A DNA stretch of 64,000 nucleotides, taken from contig CM060731.1 in the NCBI GenBank assembly GCA_030704615.1, positions 37,510,001-37,574,000 on the forward strand, in the 5' to 3' direction. Under the pieces are notes generated by a model. The model was not told where the DNA came from. It did no database searches and was given only the letters and a program-made list of their open reading frames with translations. Origin of the DNA: Takakia lepidozioides. Its lineage: Eukaryota > Plantae > Bryophyta. Position numbers and translations under genes: made by a program. Below are positions 36,314 to 52,200 of the stretch, in pieces (positions within the stretch are counted from its first letter, which is position 1; every line of letters starts with the position of its first letter).

Positions 36314-36749
36314 TGTGCAGACTACTTTATTGTGCATATATGTGTGGTGTGGTTTGGACAGCGATGTAGTTGTGTAGCGATATGTATGCGCACGACAGCT
36401 GTCAAGTTAAATAAGCACAGTGTGAAAACAGCTAGAATAAAACTAGTTATTTGTATTTAACACTTGGATTTAGGTCAAGTGTTAAATCAGGTGTTTCAAG
36501 TTTAGTTTGACACCTGGTCTGTCTTATCTTCACGAGAGCGGCAGTCGCGCGCTCATCTCTCTCGAGTTGAGCCTGCGCGACCGAGCTCCTTCCTGCGTTT
36601 AGAAGCTGTGTGTGTTTATGATGGGAGTGTAGGTTGTTGTGGGGTGGAGTCCCCATAGCTTGGGGTGCCCTTGGCTCGACTTCTATTTCAAAGAGTGATG
36701 ATTTGGTTTCCATGTTTTGTGTCAAGTGTGTTAAAGAGTCTTTCTATCA
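36314..36749 (+). repeat. Complete LTR (B1 36314-36397 + GC + A2 36400-36749), TG...CA
   Basis: Begins after the PPT and ends in the same ...TATCA that precedes the PBS in A1. Contains the palindrome GACAGCTGTC at 36394-36403. Confidence 0.9.
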
Positions 36750-36750
36750 T

Positions 36751-36835
36751 TGTGCTAGACTACTTTATTGTGCATATATGTGTGGTGTGGTTTGGACAGC
36801 GATGTAGTTGTGTAGCGATATGTATGCGCACGACA
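36751..36835 (+). repeat. Repeat B2 (second copy of the first ~84 bp of the LTR), forming the element's right end
   Basis: Identical to 36314-36397 apart from a 1-nt indel. Followed by TSD CTTA. Confidence 0.95.
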
Positions 36836-38558
36836 CTTAGAAACCTAAAGCATTGTCACTATAGGAAGAAAAAAAAAGGGGGGGGCGACGCCACGCTAAT
36901 TCGTCTGCGACGCTCAAGGGTTGCCTGACCAGTTTTGCATTTGATTTTGAATGTTTTTTCTGGTTTTTTTTTTTTTTTTTGGTTGTTGGGATAATTCACT
37001 CATTGCTATATACATAGTGATTTAGCAGCCTTAAACATTGCGTTTAAAGAATCACCATGAACAACCATAAATTTTGAGGGTGAGGCCGCGCGAAATGAAA
37101 TAAATGAATCCCTGAAATACACTCTGACTCTCACTACTTGGGGTACTAGGCCGTCAACCATCACCTGCTCCCAAAGAGCTCTAATCCAATCCGATGTCAT
37201 CCCCCCCTCATCAACACTAATGTCTTGATCTAGTGCACTCCCCTCTATGACATTCATGAGCCCATGTCGACCATGTTCTTGGTGCACTGGTATTCCACCA
37301 AAGATGACCTCCTCGCAAACTTGCGGACCTACACATGGCATACATCATAATCAGTTCCTCACGATGACGGAGCTAGAAAAAAGACATAACAAAATACATA
37401 GGGAAACACGACTTACAAATCGAGTGACAAAAGACTTAGCTCCGCCAGGGCCCCATTTCTTTGTAGAGTCCGCCTTCTCAAGACGTGCAGTTGTTGCGGA
37501 GCGTGCTTGCTCAAAGCTTTGCCCCTTTGATGCATCATCCTCTCTAGCTATGAGAGCATCCCATGATTTCTATGCACCCCCTCAGTGAATTCTCACACAT
37601 ATGTCGCATTGAATCCACTGCATTGCACATGCAACAAATAGAAGGTGAAATGATTCGGTAACTTGCAAACCCACTAGAAGGAAAACGGAATAGGTAACCA
37701 CTGGCCCATTTGACCACTCATGTCTTTTACCACTCTATAAACCACTCACAGTAATGGTAACCACTGACAAGTGGTTAATCCAGATGAAATGTCACGGTGG
37801 CACTAGATGGAATGGTTCGCAGTGGTTTCAATCACTTATTACTCCATGTGTAATATTGTAATTATTATTTAATAGATTTTAGTTGATAAATGTAATATCC
37901 CACGTGGACTAGAGCAGTCATAAATCGTGAGTGATTAAAAACACATCAGTAATTCACACCACTGTTGTGGTTATGCATAAGTATGCTAGTGGTTTGTATT
38001 GTACACCTGTAACAGATATTGGAAAACATATCAAGTGTTGAATTCATTACATGAGGATGCTATTGAATAGTGGATTTAAGGTAGTCAAACCTATAATGGT
38101 TACCATTCAAAATGTGACCCCTATAATTATTTGTTAAATGGCTCAATTGTGAATTCAAAAACGTCCATGCACACCTGCCGATCCGAATTACATGGCAGTT
38201 CATTATTAGTCTTTGGAAACTACATGCACGGTAAAGATCAGAGGTATTAAAATGGCTGATCTGTTTGACATTTATTGCTGGTTCAAAACAAGGAGGGTGA
38301 CGGTCATATTTGAGAATGCATTAAATCGTTTTGGCAAATGCATACTGTTAGGAAACTGTAGCAAGTGGGCCAGGATTCAAACGAGCCGTCGTTTTATAAT
38401 TGCAACAAAGTGGTTAATTAGTGTGATTAATCATGGACCGATTTGAATCTACAAACAAACTTTTAAACACATAATGGCGGGCCATTTCGAGTATGTATGT
38501 GGTGAGATTTGTGCGGCTAAGTTTTGTAGTGTGGAGTACGCTTTCAGATCAGTAGGAA

Positions 38559-40367
38559 ATGGGATCGTCATTCAGGCATGCAGATGCATTTCGTTTGCTT
38601 CCTGATACGGAATTAGCAGGAGATTATGAGGGAAATCACGTTGAACTTAGTGAGAGTGAGAATGAATCGAGCAGACATGGGCCCACAAATTCACGCTTGA
38701 ATGAAGACGAAAGCTATGACAGTGGGGGAGACGTGCACCCCTATTACGATTGGGCTCAGGATCCGGAGGATCATTCCCAAGTGCACTTCCAATGCGGTCA
38801 AGGAGACGGAGTGTTTGATCAGATCAACTAGCAAAGTCAATCGGTCCCACGAGCTCCAATTAGCAGCGATGAAGGGAATGGTTCAGGAGGTGCATTGCTG
38901 GCAAGAAACGAGGAACCTATTAATATCAATGATCCTCCACCGCACCGGAAGCAACGGAGTCAAGTAGGACCGCAAAGGAAAAATGGGAATTGGACAGATT
39001 TCTCACTCCGAGCTGCGATGAGTGCACATGATCATGGAATGCCGATTCGGACTGCGGCGCAACAGTTTGGGATACCTGTGACGTCTTTGCGTAATCATCT
39101 ATATGGAATCACCACTAGCAGAAAACGTGGAGTCAAAGGGACACTCACCGAGACGGAAGAAACAAAACTAGTAAATTATATTGAAAAAATGCAGTTGATT
39201 GGACATCCTCTTACTTTGACTCAATTAAGATTGAATTGCAGAGATCTGCCAGGAATGTGTAACGCCATTCAAAAACGGCATCCCTGGCTGGGGTTGGCTC
39301 CGTTGGTTCAAACGTAGAAATCCTCAATTGGCATTACGTGTATCACAAGGATTAGAAACTGGCCGGACAAAGGGCTTGTGTCCATCTAATGTGGCAACGT
39401 TTTACAAGAATCTTGCTAAAATTTATGAGCTGAACAAATACACACCGGATAAAATCTGGAATTGTGACGAGTCAGGGGCCCAGGCAGGCCGGAATGGAGG
39501 AGCGTTGGTTCTTGCAAAGAAAGGGTCCCCCACTGTACATTCCATAATGCCAGATGAAAGGGAATGGTTGTCGGTGCTATCACCCATCCTGATCAAGAAG
39601 ATATAAGGACTGCCACTGTTGACTTGCAAGTTGAGGAAATTTTGGGCAATAACATATCCGAGACACATATTGAGGCAGGTACGCACCACTACGTCGTGGA
39701 GGAAGAGGACGAAAATGAGTTGGTCCCGCGAGGTACCGAGCGATTATCCTCGAGCCAATCTAGCCACACTAGATCCTCACCAGAGCTGGAAATAGTTGCA
39801 GGAGCACCCATTCAACGACACTCTATCACTCAATTTTTGAGTCTACCACAAATACCAGTAGCACCTCGACGACGATTGAATGGAGATGGCTCGGAGCCAA
39901 TAATTGACTACAACAAATCCATTCTCATGACCTCAGATGAGTACTTGCTAGCTTTGGAGCAAAAGATTTCCAGGAAAGAAGAAGCCCTGAAAGTGCGGGA
40001 GCAGTGTAAAAAAGAGCGCGAACTGAATAAGCAAAAGCGTACTCTCGATAAGGTGGAAAAAGAGGAGCTGAAGCGCAAAAAGGTGGAGGAGCGGGAGGCC
40101 AGAAAGCAGTTCGATAATCTCTGGTCCGCCAAAAATTATTCATCGATTGGAGAGCGTCTCCATGCTGCCATCCGATCTGATGCTTCCATTCCTACCACAA
40201 CTTACCGAGGAGTTTTCTGTGGATCAGCTCCACCTATTTGTCGCTGTAACATGAAAGTGGCAATTCAAAAGCAGAAAGCGAAGAAGGCGGGTTTGGATAC
40301 ATCAGGGTTCGTCTTTATCGAACCTCCATGGGTTTACAGAAGCGTAAGCAGAGCCGGTGATAGTTGA
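38559..40367 (+). mobile_element. pogo/Fot-like (Tc1-mariner superfamily) transposase remnant, internally deleted
   Basis: HTH-psq (IRTAAQQFGIPVTSLRNHL), CENP-B-type HTH (EETKLVNYI...GHPLT...PGWGWLRWFKRR), first catalytic Asp (IWNCDESG), REWLSVL, then a jump to the C-terminal coiled-coil region. TIRs not identified. Confidence 0.8.
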
Positions 40368-41799
40368 GAAGCCGATCAGTTTTGGGATCAAATGGTTCTC
40401 ATTTTGGACAAGCTGAAGATTTGTTTATTCTCCACTAGCGATTAGTTTTGCAGATCATGACGGTTCGTTTTCAATTAGTCCAGGGACACATCTCGTAGTC
40501 ACCGAGGACGCTTTGATCAGCGTAGTCAGACACGTAAAGTTCAGTAAATAGTCAAGTTCATGTAACTGACTAGTAGTTTAACTAAATGACATGGTCCATA
40601 CTACTCTGCAGCGTAATCAATAAAGTGAATGATGATGCACACCTTTTGGGCCCCATGCGCTCCTGATTCAATGCACTTGCTGTTCAAAATAGTACCCTCT
40701 ACTGGTCCATTCAAGGATTATTATGTGTTTTCAGCTTGAAAATTCACCAATATTATGTATAACTTTGGATATATTTTTTTGTTTTTTTTCAATAAATTTC
40801 ATTTTCTTGTGCCTACATGGGAAAAATATATATAAGGACACTGCACAGCTGAAATTGCCTGCATTTCTTAAAGGAGCCATTATAGGTTTGTCTACCTTAG
40901 TCAACTTTATTCCAAATTAGGATCAGAGTATTCGCTCTCTTAAGCACTTTCCTCCACTAGAACATCACCGTGCCGCTGGAGCCTGGAATGCAGCGGAAGA
41001 GAATTAAGCCACCATATCACAACGCTTCCTAATTTATTAAAGACACTTATCACCACAGAGGAAGAATGTCGATATGCCCACCTTTGTCCTATACCAGACA
41101 AGAAAGCTCCTGTCACTTACAGCAAGAAGCCCATTTCATGGTGACCCCCTTGTTAGTACCGGCAAGTACTAATGAGCCTAACATAGGAAATGTCTGCCAG
41201 CTTCGAATATGTTGTTGTTCGTTGAGGCATATGCTGCCCACATTGATCATCGTTTGCAGTGTGCCACTATGCCCAAAGTTCCCACCACGTTCAGATTTCC
41301 CATCATGGCAGACCTGGTCCCCCAAATTGTTGTAAGACACCCACAACAGACAATTGGAATCCCACAATACAGTACACAAGTTACACTTAACCATTTTGCT
41401 TTACTTCACCCAGTTGGCTGTCCGCTCACATATACCATCGACTGCGACTTCACTTCACGTCAAGCCTATGTGTCACAGCTCGGCATTTCGCTACACTGGA
41501 CCACAGTGTTCACTAGCTGCAGTTTATAGAGGCGTTGCCTACGTCACCTTCAACATCAACTCAATGCTCTCTTCTGATCTTGCTTCCCTTCCCTTTTGGA
41601 TTTCCCGATGCACCTTCTCACGACTGCTCTCTACTTCAACTTCACTCACAAACTAAACTGTTGTGACTACTCAACATGCTCTCTCTCTCCACAAAATAAG
41701 CAACTCCGTCACTTCCTTCCATTAGGGCCCAAACTTGCTACATGTGAGCTGTGAATCCCAAGATTTCTTTGAGAGAGAGAAAATTATCAGAAGCGCACA

Positions 41800-42270
41800 A
41801 GGCGATCCTGCTTCCAAGTCAATTAACTTAGGATATCTAGTATCAGTCATACGTTGCAGCTGACCCCACTCTGACCTTGAATTCATCGCGTCGGGAGCTT
41901 AAGGGAGGAATGCCAAACTCACCCCGAACAGCCACATTAGCTGTTTTGGAGCATGCACTCCTTGAGCACCCCCCACTTGAATGGATTCTAGAGACAGCCT
42001 GGTTGGAGTTATCAACCCACACAGCAGATGCGTACTCCAAGGTAGGCCTAATAACGCGGCAAAGCATGGTTTTTATAACTTCAGAGATGATCCCTCTGCA
42101 GTCGAAAATTTTGGCGAGACCCAACGCTTTGCGCTTGCAGATTGAATCGCTTTTTGTGTATACGCTTCCCAATTACAGTTGGAGGTAATCTCAACGCCAA
42201 GGTATGTGTAGGAAGGGAGGACAGGAATCTCTTGGCTTCCCCACTGCCACTTGAGATCGCCTTCATGAGA
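41800..42270 (-). mobile_element. LINE fragment (same family as 52060-56400)
   Basis: LCRVIRPTLEYASAVW...ACSKTANVAVRGEFGIP closely matches ORF 52249-53517. Confidence 0.85.
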
Positions 42271-43286
42271 AATGCCCTCTAGCCCTCCTCTAGCAGACCA
42301 TGCAGAGGGCGCGTCTTTGCATGGTATTGTCTTGATAAATGACGACTGTGATTTTTAAGCCTTGGGTCTTAAGGTTCTGGGGTACCAAGGTGATCTGAGG
42401 AGTCCACAAGCAAGTGAATCATACAAGTAGTAGTGTACAAAGGAGAGGAGCTAACTCAGATGCCAAAAAAGATGAGGAAGCTATTCTTGCGTCTCTCGGT
42501 TGATGAGACTCACAAGTTTGCACTACAAATGGCCTTAGCAGATTGCAGAGGCAATAACACTTAGGTTACCCACATGATTCTTGTTGCCAGAGTCAAAGAA
42601 AGTGGATTCCCTCTTCTCAATACTCCCTTCAACCCTCCTCTACCAAGCAAACTGTGAGTGTCTACTGCAAAACTGGATGCTGACACTACTCCAGGTTTAG
42701 CAGGCCAGAAGAAGGGAAGATAGTGCATGTACATGTGCAGCATACACCTGCTATAGGATAAACCTATCCTACTGGAATGATTTCAATCACATCAGTTCTT
42801 GGAGGGCTGCAACTAAAACCAAAACCTGCAATTGGCGGGAAGGTTTGATGCGGAAGCACGAGCCATGTGCAAGCCTTAAAATCTTTGTTGCCAAACGGCT
42901 AAGAGCATCTGTCTATAATGGTCCAAGCAAACATTCGAGGGAACGGCACAAGTACCTTCTATGATGGTCCATGTAGCACCACTGCACTTTAATTATAGCA
43001 AAGAGCTGGGAACTTTCCAAGTTTTTATGTGGATCTGGCAAATTCCCATCTCTAGCATAGTGGCACATTTTCATTTTGAGAAAAACAGATGCTGTCAAAT
43101 GGCACCATTCACTGAACCATGTTGCACTCACAAGCCACCATGATCAAATGCAAGATATAATCACTATCATCCTGTCTTACCCAGACATTGGTCTTCTTAC
43201 TTAACAAGTAAATCCAAGTGCTTGTCCACATTGTCAAGTCATCAATTCATCGATTCCTGCTCCCACTTAACATGAAGTAGGGAGTT

Positions 43287-46727
<3,441 letters not shown>

Positions 46728-47472
46728 TCTGCTTCGTCCAAATGCTGCCGGGCCACTTTAGAACTACGGACCAAGACCAAAGAAACCTCTGGACCAATTT
46801 GCTTCAAATTGATAATCCCCACTAAGCATAAGACCCCGACCTCTCTCTCTCTCCCTCTCCTACCCACACGGAGAGGCTTACAGTGGTCGTTTCTGTCTCT
46901 TAAATTCGGTTATGTGGACTAAAACTTTCAGTTTTGTTTTGTGGAGTTGCAACGTGGTCAGAATCCAGGCTTAGAATTGTCAGTTCGAATTGCAAAACGA
47001 TGCTGAACTGAAGACAGATGGGAGAACAGCAGATTATTGCTGAGGTAGGTAAAGTGTAATTCAGGGTCTTGCTCCTTACCGAGAGAGAGAGAAATAACTT
47101 GGTAGAGTGGATAGCGACGGCCTGGCTGACTCAAGGCTCCTTCTGCTGCCTGTGTAGGGGCGAGGGAGAGACGCCTCTCCCTCGGTGTGGAGCCCTAGCG
47201 CATTCCAAATTCAACGACTGAAACTAGTCAACTTGATGTAATTCGGGACACAGAATCCTGCAAGCAACCCAAACGGTCTGCCGCTCTCAAAATCTGTCCG
47301 CCAGAAAAGCTGGGCTCAAACGCGGGACATGGAATGAACCGATTTTTAGAGCAGACTCGATGACGTGGCGTGTTTCTACTGGATTTGAGGAGGGGTGATA
47401 TATGTGGTATTCTACGACCTACTAGATTTTAACTACTTACCTACCTGCTGCGGGGATGAAAACGTACTAGAG

Positions 47473-47566
47473 AACGGGCCGTGTTTGGCCGATTCTGCCC
47501 TGGAAGCGGCCTTTGGGCGAGCCCTATGGCCGCGCACAGGGCTGAGTCGGCCAAACACGGCCCGTT
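47473..47566. repeat. 94-bp GC-rich near-perfect hairpin
   Basis: AACGGGCCGTGTTTGGCCGATTCTGCCCTG pairs with CAGGGCTGAGTCGGCCAAACACGGCCCGTT (28/30). Inner GCGGCC/GGCCGC and GGGC/GCCC also pair. Confidence 0.85.
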
Positions 47567-48074
47567 TACTGGCGTTAAAAGCAGGTGTGGCGGATTCTCG
47601 CCGCTACGTGGCGCAATATGATTGCGGTTCGATTATCCCATATCGATTGCCCAGATTCAGAGCCCTGGAGAGGATATAAAGGGGGCGAGCCTCAAGTGCA
47701 TGCGGATGGGTTGATGGCTGATGACATGGGCCACGGTGGTAGGTCTGCCGTCCTCTGTGCATAATCGGCCATCCCTGCCGATTCTGCCCTGGTTGGCCGA
47801 TTAGGCTGAAAAAGTGGCAGAATCTGCCACACCTGCTTTTAACGTACGTACAAGGGTAAACTGACTGGCTCGCTGCCATAAAAACCTGTTATGTCCGGTA
47901 GCGCTCGAGAGGAGCCCGTGCTACCGGATAATCAGGCTCGGTAGGTCCTGGCTCCCTGATATATCCGGGTAGCAGGGGCTCCTCTCGAATGCTACCTAGT
48001 CCATTTTGTTCCACTACACAAGTACATGAGCAGGGTACACCAGCAGGGTCACCGGCAAGTGTTGGGCACTTAAA

Positions 48075-48255
48075 AAGGTAGCCCAGTGGTTGGGTGTTTG
48101 TGCCTTGCCTGTGCATAACCTAGGTGATCCTGGGTTCAATCCTTCAACATGTGCCTTCAGACTGTCCATTGGGCCCACGATGGCCTGTGTGTTGAGCAGT
48201 AGGCTCTGTAAAGTCACTGGACGTTAAAGACTCTTTATCTTTATCTTTTATCTTC
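48075..48255 (+). mobile_element. tRNA-derived SINE
   Basis: A box TAGCCCAGTGG, B box GGTTCAATCC, 3' GGACGTTAAA and a (TTTATC)n tail. Confidence 0.65.
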
Positions 48256-49253
48256 CAATGTCAACTTACCATGGGGTCCGAGTGAAAAACAAGCTATCTG
48301 ATTATGTTTTTGGGCATATATAAATATAAAACAATGCCATAATTTATCCTTTAGGGACCATACTACCTCAGAAGTGGTTGTGAGTTCAATCCACCAATTG
48401 GTGCGACAAGGTCTCCAATCTCCACTTTCCTGCAGGAAGGCAAGAGACGCCATAATTTAGGCTTCCTCTTGGTCATTAAACCTTTGAGGATATGGATAAA
48501 ATCAACTTTTCGCATGAATAGCCGCAATTCCTTCTAAAGATTAACCCCCACTATTTCTTCTTATAGTAACCTTTCTCCGTTCCCGCGCACTTCGTGCGCA
48601 TGGTGTATCTCAATCTTCGAATCCTCGCAGTCCTTGACTGCACATCTGCCCATCATCAGCCGACTCCGAGATCGACCGGACACATTGTGATATACTGGGG
48701 CAGTTTTACCTTGGGTTTTCATTTAGTAATAGACTATATATATACATGATATATATGACTATTTGCAAAACTGCTATGTTTCTTTCGTAGTAAAGATGTG
48801 GTTGGGCACTTAACTACTTGACACTAAGACTTGGCAGTCCTCCCTGAAACTTCAGCCCGATGTATCTAGGATCTACCTTGGCAATCTAACTCAGGAAGCC
48901 TAAAAACTCAATCGTTTCATCATCAGACTGCACCTGCAATGTGGCTGAGTGCCCCGCCCCAACCACAGAACACTGAACTGAAGCTCTTGCTTCAATTAAA
49001 AGTTTTCAAAACCAGTTTTGAGGGTACAATTTTGAGGCATTCTCTGAATTAGCGGAAGGATTCTACTGTTGCAGGCAAATCCTTGTGTGTCAAAATAAAA
49101 CAAGTAGTCAGAAGACTGCCATGTTTGGGTATGTATTTCCAATTCGAATGATCTCATCATTCAAACTGGAATGCAGCAAAAAGAATGGGTAGCTCGCTCA
49201 GGGTGAAGCTAGACCTCAACTTTTAAAACTCGTAACTACGACCTAAACAGGGT

Positions 49254-52200
49254 TCAGCTTAGATAGCGGAGAAGCACTCCATCGTTGCCCAGCACAAAAC
49301 CTTTGTCATTTATAAACCTGCGAAAGCAACCCACAGCTCAGTGGTGAGGAAACGAGATCAGAATAAGAATGTTTCATCCACCTGCACTTTGTTTTCCCTT
49401 CTCTCAATAATACCAATGCAAGCGGCTTTCTGCATATTTTTCCTAGAATGCAAATAACAATGCTATTGCTTCGTCATGGGGAAGTCAAATTTTTCTGGGG
49501 TAATCCTCATTCCCAGGTCCTCCCACATCCTGCTAGGTCTTGTCACCTCCAAAGGCTAATCATTTGAGGTGCCCAGGCCATTAAGTGAGTAATTATCACA
49601 CAAACCCTGGCAACTGAGATGACGACATACCGTAATGTCCATGTCCGATGAGAATCCACCAGGGAAGCCCCATGCAAACACATAGGGATAAAGAGAGGGT
49701 TAGAGGAGCACTTACTTTACAGAGTACAAGTTAGCAGCAATGCTATCAGCCACTTTATCCCGCGCCCAGGTCTTGCCTCCATCAGTTGTTCTTAACAATA
49801 TTCCACTGCCTCCAGCTGCCCAAGCCTCATCCTGACACACCCAATGGGAAATCACAGTTGCCCCTCAGGACCAAACTTTATGAAACTTCTTAACTCGAAC
49901 CACTGAAACTGACATCACTAGGGCTGTAAGAAGACCCTCTTTAGCATGCAATCAATTTACTAGAGTCATACCTCTCTGAGGATCACAATTTCAAGTCCAG
50001 TTTCATACTCCAGTGGCCGAAAACCACACAACTGGCTCAGCAAGGTGGGTAATGTGTTTTGTCATGGCAAAGTTCACGAGTAGTGTCGATGAGCAAAAAT
50101 CCTGCGGTGACAAAACAGCCTCTTGTAGACATTAATGGGTAAAGATGGGCACCTTGGAGCGATACCCAACATCCAGAATGCCAAATCCTCGACTTGAGAT
50201 ACGTGCCTCCTCAAATTCCTCAGAGACCTGTATGCCCAACACATGCCAACAACTGTTTGTGCATGAGAGGGAGAATGGAGTGGGGAAAGAGATGTACCTA
50301 GTGACTGCCATTTGGCATGCCAGCAGATGCCCAAGGTTCTGCTCTATCTGAGTTGAATGACGGTATAATTGAAATTTTGATAGCTCTCATAGCCACTACC
50401 AACATTTGCAAAATAATCGATCCAGGGAAAGAGAGAAGAGGGCATACACCAGTGCCTTTACTGAGGTAGAGACCTCCTCCACGAACAACCAGCCACAGCC
50501 CGCCATCTGCCCGCCATCCCATGCTTTGAATTCGGCGTGCGCTTGACCGATTGTGGGGCTGCCAGTATGGCTGCATTTACATGGAAGAGATCAAAGAATG
50601 TACTCATGAGACGTTGTTTGCCCTAGCCTTGCGGCCATAGACCCCACGCCCAGTTTGGGTGGAACACCAGAGAGAGAGAGAGGTGCCGTTAGCCAATCAT
50701 CCTAACTAGCTTGACCGTGATATCCAACCCTTTACATCAAAGGTCAATAGTTGCGGATAAGCATGGTTCATGAACACCCAGAAGTAAATTTTGCAATACG
50801 GGAATACCCAGCAAATATAAAGCCTACACAAGAATTGTGGAAGGAAAAAAGAAGCCTAAAGGATTTCCAGCTTGGCTGATTATCCAAGCCTGATGGCACA
50901 GCAGAAAGTGAACAACATAGTGCAGTGAGAAAAGTGGTTACCTGCCCAGGCTCCCAGGTAAGGTAAAAGTTACCACGGCTGGAAACCGCCACATAATCGC
51001 CATCGGGAGAGCGATTGACTGTGTTGAAAGTGCCAGTATAGTAACTGGCCCCACTAATTCCACTTGACACCGTGCTACACCCAAGACAATAATTCACAAT
51101 TGTGAGATCCTCTCGGAAAGGATGAGAGAGTAAAGTAAAAACCTGTACACTGGAGGCTCAGAGAGCCTATGTAGAACAACAACCCCAAATGTTGCAGTGT
51201 GATGGAGTGCAAAGTTTTTGGTTTGCGAGAGAGAGAGTACCGATTCAAGGTGGCAGAAACAGTTTTCTCTACAGCAGCCTTCCAGTTATAGCCTCCATTA
51301 GATGTCACATAGATTGCTCCCTCATCCGTCACCAGTTCGGCACCCTTGTTCCCAGTCGCTTTGATTACCACCTGCAGAGTCAAATGGTGAAATGATTGAA
51401 TTAGGTGAGGACATGATTATGATGTACCCTTCAGCATATAGTGCCAGTCAAATGCTAACCGGCCATAGCTGGTCATTGCATTATATCTTACCCAGGGTAG
51501 GACACTCAGCTCCACATTGCTTGTTGTACTTGTGTACAGAGGATGACAATCAGGTCACCAAAGAATATACTCATAGGACGTTGTTTGCCATAGCCTTGTG
51601 GCCATACCCCACACCCAATTTGGGCAGAACAAGAGGGAACAGACACTAGCTTTGTGAAGGGCTCAGTACAGTAGCGGGACTTACCTTCACAAAAACAATT
51701 AGTCCCGGATTTCCGGATTTCCTCTAGAAAGCCCTTCACAAAAGCATCAATCTGCTGTGTGTAACTGCCCAGCAATTAGATCCCAACAGGGCCAAGGCTT
51801 TAGGCTCAACCTTGAGATTTTGAAAGTTGGAGAATAGAGGTGCAGGGACTATGTGCTTGATGGTCCTGAGGAGGGTCACTCTGATGAGAATACCTCAGGC
51901 ATAGTATCAGAAAATGGGTTATGTCTTCAGGCTGCCCGCACATCAGGCTTTCCTCTCTGCATCTGTTTATGTTCAAAGGTAGACTCCCTTCCCCCATTTT
52001 ATATTCAGTCTACTGCCAAAGGTAGGTAGGCCTTCAGGTCACCAGAGAGAGAGAAAGAGTCAGAATGTACTCATAAGACGTTGTTTGCCGTAGCCTTGTG
52101 GCCATTGACCCCGCGCCCAGTTTGAGCGGAAACCAAAGGGACAGAACCTACCTCCGTCAGGGGCTGACATTGGTAGTAAGACTTACCTTTATAAATAGAA

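Larger units (their letters stand above)
25069..36835 (+). mobile_element. Ty3/gypsy-type LTR retrotransposon with permuted/split repeats (A-int-B-A-B), DNMT and PHD domains; TSD CTTA (25065-25068, 36836-36839)
   Basis: Ends TGTC...GACA with identical CTTA flanks, near-identical repeats, PBS, PPT, and gag-PR-DNMT-RT-RH-INT-PHD coding remnants. Confidence 0.93.

Noticed and set aside
25069-36835. DIRS/PAT/Ngaro tyrosine-recombinase element, suggested by the split direct repeats
   Set aside because: RT/RH are Ty3-type, protease and DDE integrase are present, there is a 4-bp TSD, and no tyrosine-recombinase motif was seen.
36314-36835. Nested second insertion or solo LTR explaining B-A-B
   Set aside because: B2 has no TSD of its own and B is missing precisely from the left end. 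A single CTTA TSD brackets the whole unit and the flanks rejoin into a repeat unit.
37672-38200. CACTA transposon end (CACTAGAAGGAAAA plus ACCACT/AGTGGT subterminal-like repeats)
   Set aside because: No matching opposite TIR or CACTA transposase found in the window, so it is left uncalled.
40850-41650. Possible decayed PPR/DYW gene on the minus strand
   Set aside because: Only weak motif echoes among many stops. Not supportable without a profile search.
47215-47235. Second hammerhead (GAAACTAGTC)
   Set aside because: No upstream CTGANGA box or stem II.
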